From Takakia lepidozioides (Eukaryota; Plantae; Bryophyta), in contig CM060732.1 in the NCBI GenBank assembly GCA_030704615.1, positions 37,882,001 to 37,946,000 on the forward strand: a stretch of DNA of 64,000 bases, given 5' to 3'. Below, in pieces: positions 61,075 through 64,000 of this stretch; the first letter of the stretch is position 1, and each line of letters begins with the position of its first letter. The position numbers and the translations under genes are program-made. A model generated the notes under the pieces. The model searched no databases. It saw nothing but the letters and a program-made list of their open reading frames with translations, and was not told the DNA's origin.

Positions 61075-63990
61075 CTTTGTTGCACTCCTGAGCTCAAGTC
61101 TTGTGCTGTTAGGCTGTTGTATGTGTAACCCCAGAGATCCTATGTAGTCCAACCCCTCATGTTTGCCCACATATCTTTAGTATGGAACTGCTATAGGAAA
61201 AAGTATTGTTCTCTTGCGGCCAATGTCCTGCCTGCACTTCTAGCTTTACTAGGATTGAGATTTCTTCTCTGGTGCTTCAATCTGAATTGTCCATCTGAAA
61301 GTTCAATGTAGTCACGAATGTTTGCAGGTTCCACCTTTTAAAGCTTATGTGCGCTACCATTTTATTCCTGACATTCCCTCATGTCTGCCGCCTCGGAGGT
61401 AAGAACTCTGTAAAATTTGTCCAAGCATACCAGCGTTTCTTGGAGCATGCAATCTTGTCGGCATATACTGCCGCCTCCTCAGCCGTGTCTGTCAAACAGA
61501 TCACTCCCATGATATATGCAGTTGGTTAGGATACTATCGAAAGCAAGGCCCACCCTTGGGATCACGATTTCTTTTGTGTTAAAGTGAATTTGCTGTGAAA
61601 GTTGACGATATACAAAAGTAAAGCTTACCAAATGAACTTTTGCCCATCTTTATAGCTCAAGCGTCCCTCGAAGCTTGTATCCTTTGTTTGAGTGATGCGC
61701 CTGCATGCATAGGACAGATAGATGTAATTAGAAGAGAAGTTAATCATCTGGACTGACTCGATGGGTATCATATGAAAATTAGTTCAAACTAGTGTACTGT
61801 TAAATGGCATCACAAATCACCTGCGGGGATCTGCGTTCGACCTTACCGGTGTACATTCTTGTAGTCAGGAGATCCATCGGGAAAGATCCTCTCGAACCTC
61901 CATTTGCGTAAATAAGTCGCTCTCTCAGTACCATCGCAGCAAACATCGAGACCGAACTTTGCTTCAAAATTGAATGCTGTACGGTAGATTACTAAATCAT
62001 CGATTGAGAACTGCAAATCTGCTGATATAGGGTCCAAGAATCATGTGCACTGTCCACAATACTTGAACTGATGTGCTCAAATGGCACCTGCTTTTATGGA
62101 CACAGTTGCCCATCAAATCAGGAAGCACATCGCTCTGAGCATTGTCTTATACATGTACCCATCATCCAGTAGTGTTGAAGATAAATGATCATAAATTCAA
62201 TTGTACTTCTGAACTCATATCAAACGTGCTTTACCAGCTTCGCAATTGGCAAACCATGTCGGCCATCCCACTCCGCCAAGTCTTCGTCATACTTTGTGGC
62301 CTACAAAAATGTTCAATGAATACCACAATCAAATCTCATTTAGAGGCGCCCTCCTTGCCTGCATGTTGACTCCTCATCTTGATTACCCAGGCAGCCCAAA
62401 ATTCCTAAGCAATGTCGTTTTTGAGCTGGTTTGGACCGAGGCCCATTCAACAATATCTGAGCAGCTTCAACTTAAGTTTGTTGGATCTCAAAACATAATC
62501 AATCCCTTGTTAGATAAGGTACACATTAGCCGTATCTTGTCGCTTGGTGATGCTCAAATGAGCAGTAGCTAGATTCACATTCGCCCAAATTATTCTTCAA
62601 GATTGCATATGTGGTTTGGGGTTCTGAGTGCCTACCGGGTAGAGTGGGTCAATAGCTGCATCCTTCCCGTTGAGTCTAAGCGCCAAAAGAGTATATGCAT
62701 CCACAGCTGCTTCGGCTGTCGGAAAGTCACGGACGGAGGGAGGATCGTGCTTTTTCGATCAGATGAATGTGGACATAGCACTAATTCAGCTACTATAATA
62801 GCGCTAGGTAATGAATCTTCCATAGACATGGGGAGACTCTGTTCAGTCCACAGACGAAGGTGCTTGACGTCGAGAAGGAAATAATGAGTGCTTTGGAGAA
62901 TGTCAAGCTATATAAAGAGGGCGATTAGCTGGACGTCGAAATCGAACTTATGAACTCTTTGGAGAGTCCCTACCGTTTCACCCGCTTGGACAATTTTGGC
63001 TTCTTGGTAGCTCTTTCTACGCTTTGATTTAATTCAACTGCACATCTGGGACCACGCCGTCCATTTGTCGGAGGTTCATGTGCGTTCGGCACGTCAGGTA
63101 AATCCTAAGCACTCATTATTTCCTTTTCGACGTCAAGCGAGTCATCACTTTCTTCTGTGGAATGAAGAGAATTTCCCCACGTCTCCATTGGCCCAAGTAC
63201 CACTTGCATCGCAGAGTTTTCAACTCCAAATACACCCACTTCAACACGTTGTTGCAGCAACCTTTTGTAAACGGAATTTTCGGTACCATGACCCAACACA
63301 ATGGGAGTTTGAGAAATCTTCGGTGCAGCTTGTTTTACGGGACCCACGGATTCAGTCTTCTCTCCGAGATGCATTGGTGAGAGCCCCTGAACTATTTTCA
63401 CCATGTCAATAGTGGAGCAATAGTGAAATCGGAAAAGGAATCTTGGACCACACGAATAGGTCTTTGTGCATCCTCCCGGTCCGGCGAAACCTAAATCTTA
63501 GAGGAAGAGGACTGTTGATCCTCACGTTCACCATTTTGGTAGAATCCCATGCATTCATGAATCAATGTCATCCTCAATACAGATCACATGGTTCGATGGC
63601 ATTTTTCATGCTGACGCGTGGTGAATCCTGCAACATCCCACTGATATTGCTCGAGGACGTAGGAAACAGAGCCCCAAGTTTGTTCAAAGATCTCCCACAT
63701 TGACGCACACCAGAGAATTCGATGGGATCGAAATGGAGGACGTCGGAAAAGAGCCCCAAGTTTCTGTTTCAAAGACCTCTTCCATTGATCGCACACCTAG
63801 AGCATTCGCCAGCCGGGGGTCGAGCACATACTCTTATTCAACCCACATTTCACTGAGATCGTCATCTTGTGGACGCACTTCTGAATTCTCCAGTAGTTAA
63901 TTTGTTGCAGGCTCCACATTATTTTCAAAAATTTAAGAGAAACCAGCGCCAATCAATTGGGGATGATCGATGTGCAGATGATCTATGGAA
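61075..63990 (-). pseudogene. Degenerate coding-like region; 61075-62045 duplicates 5040-6125; AP2-like motif
   Basis: DTAEEAAVYADKIACSKKRWYAWTNF at ~61410-61495, with many stops and frameshifts and a short internal duplication near 63650-63800. Confidence 0.45.
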
Positions 63991-64000
63991 CTCCAAGCCC

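Overview
Eukaryotic, land-plant-type DNA. It is probably from a moss or other bryophyte, inferred from a moss-type CONSTANS-like fragment and the retroelement types. About 56 kb is a nest of transposable elements, followed by one intact-looking three-exon host gene (GT61 beta-1,2-xylosyltransferase-like, 57360-60230) and a degenerate duplicated segment. Several insertions resolve exactly by termini, target-site duplication (TSD) and restored host reading frame: a TG..CA insert carrying two F-box ORFs in an L1 LINE (363-1810), a 9-bp-TSD Mutator-like element (9755-18847) in a second LINE, two related solo LTRs (14442-16612, 28269-30535), and a Ty3/Gypsy element (38119-46944) in a CACTA transposase. 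The main signal is epigenetic cargo on the transposons. (1) The Gypsy pol polyprotein carries a motif-complete DNMT3-like C5-cytosine methyltransferase after its protease, and the family swaps captured host-gene fragments in its leader. (2) Two homologous spliced genes encoding a prokaryote-type beta-class (N4-C/N6-A) methyltransferase fold lie in or beside Mutator-like sequence carrying phased arrays of a GGCGCC-centred palindrome. Other oddities are a 2A-like peptide upstream of a LINE endonuclease and three tandem captured RPL27 fragments. There is a 500-N assembly gap at 25053-25552. All calls are by eye; no database searches were run.
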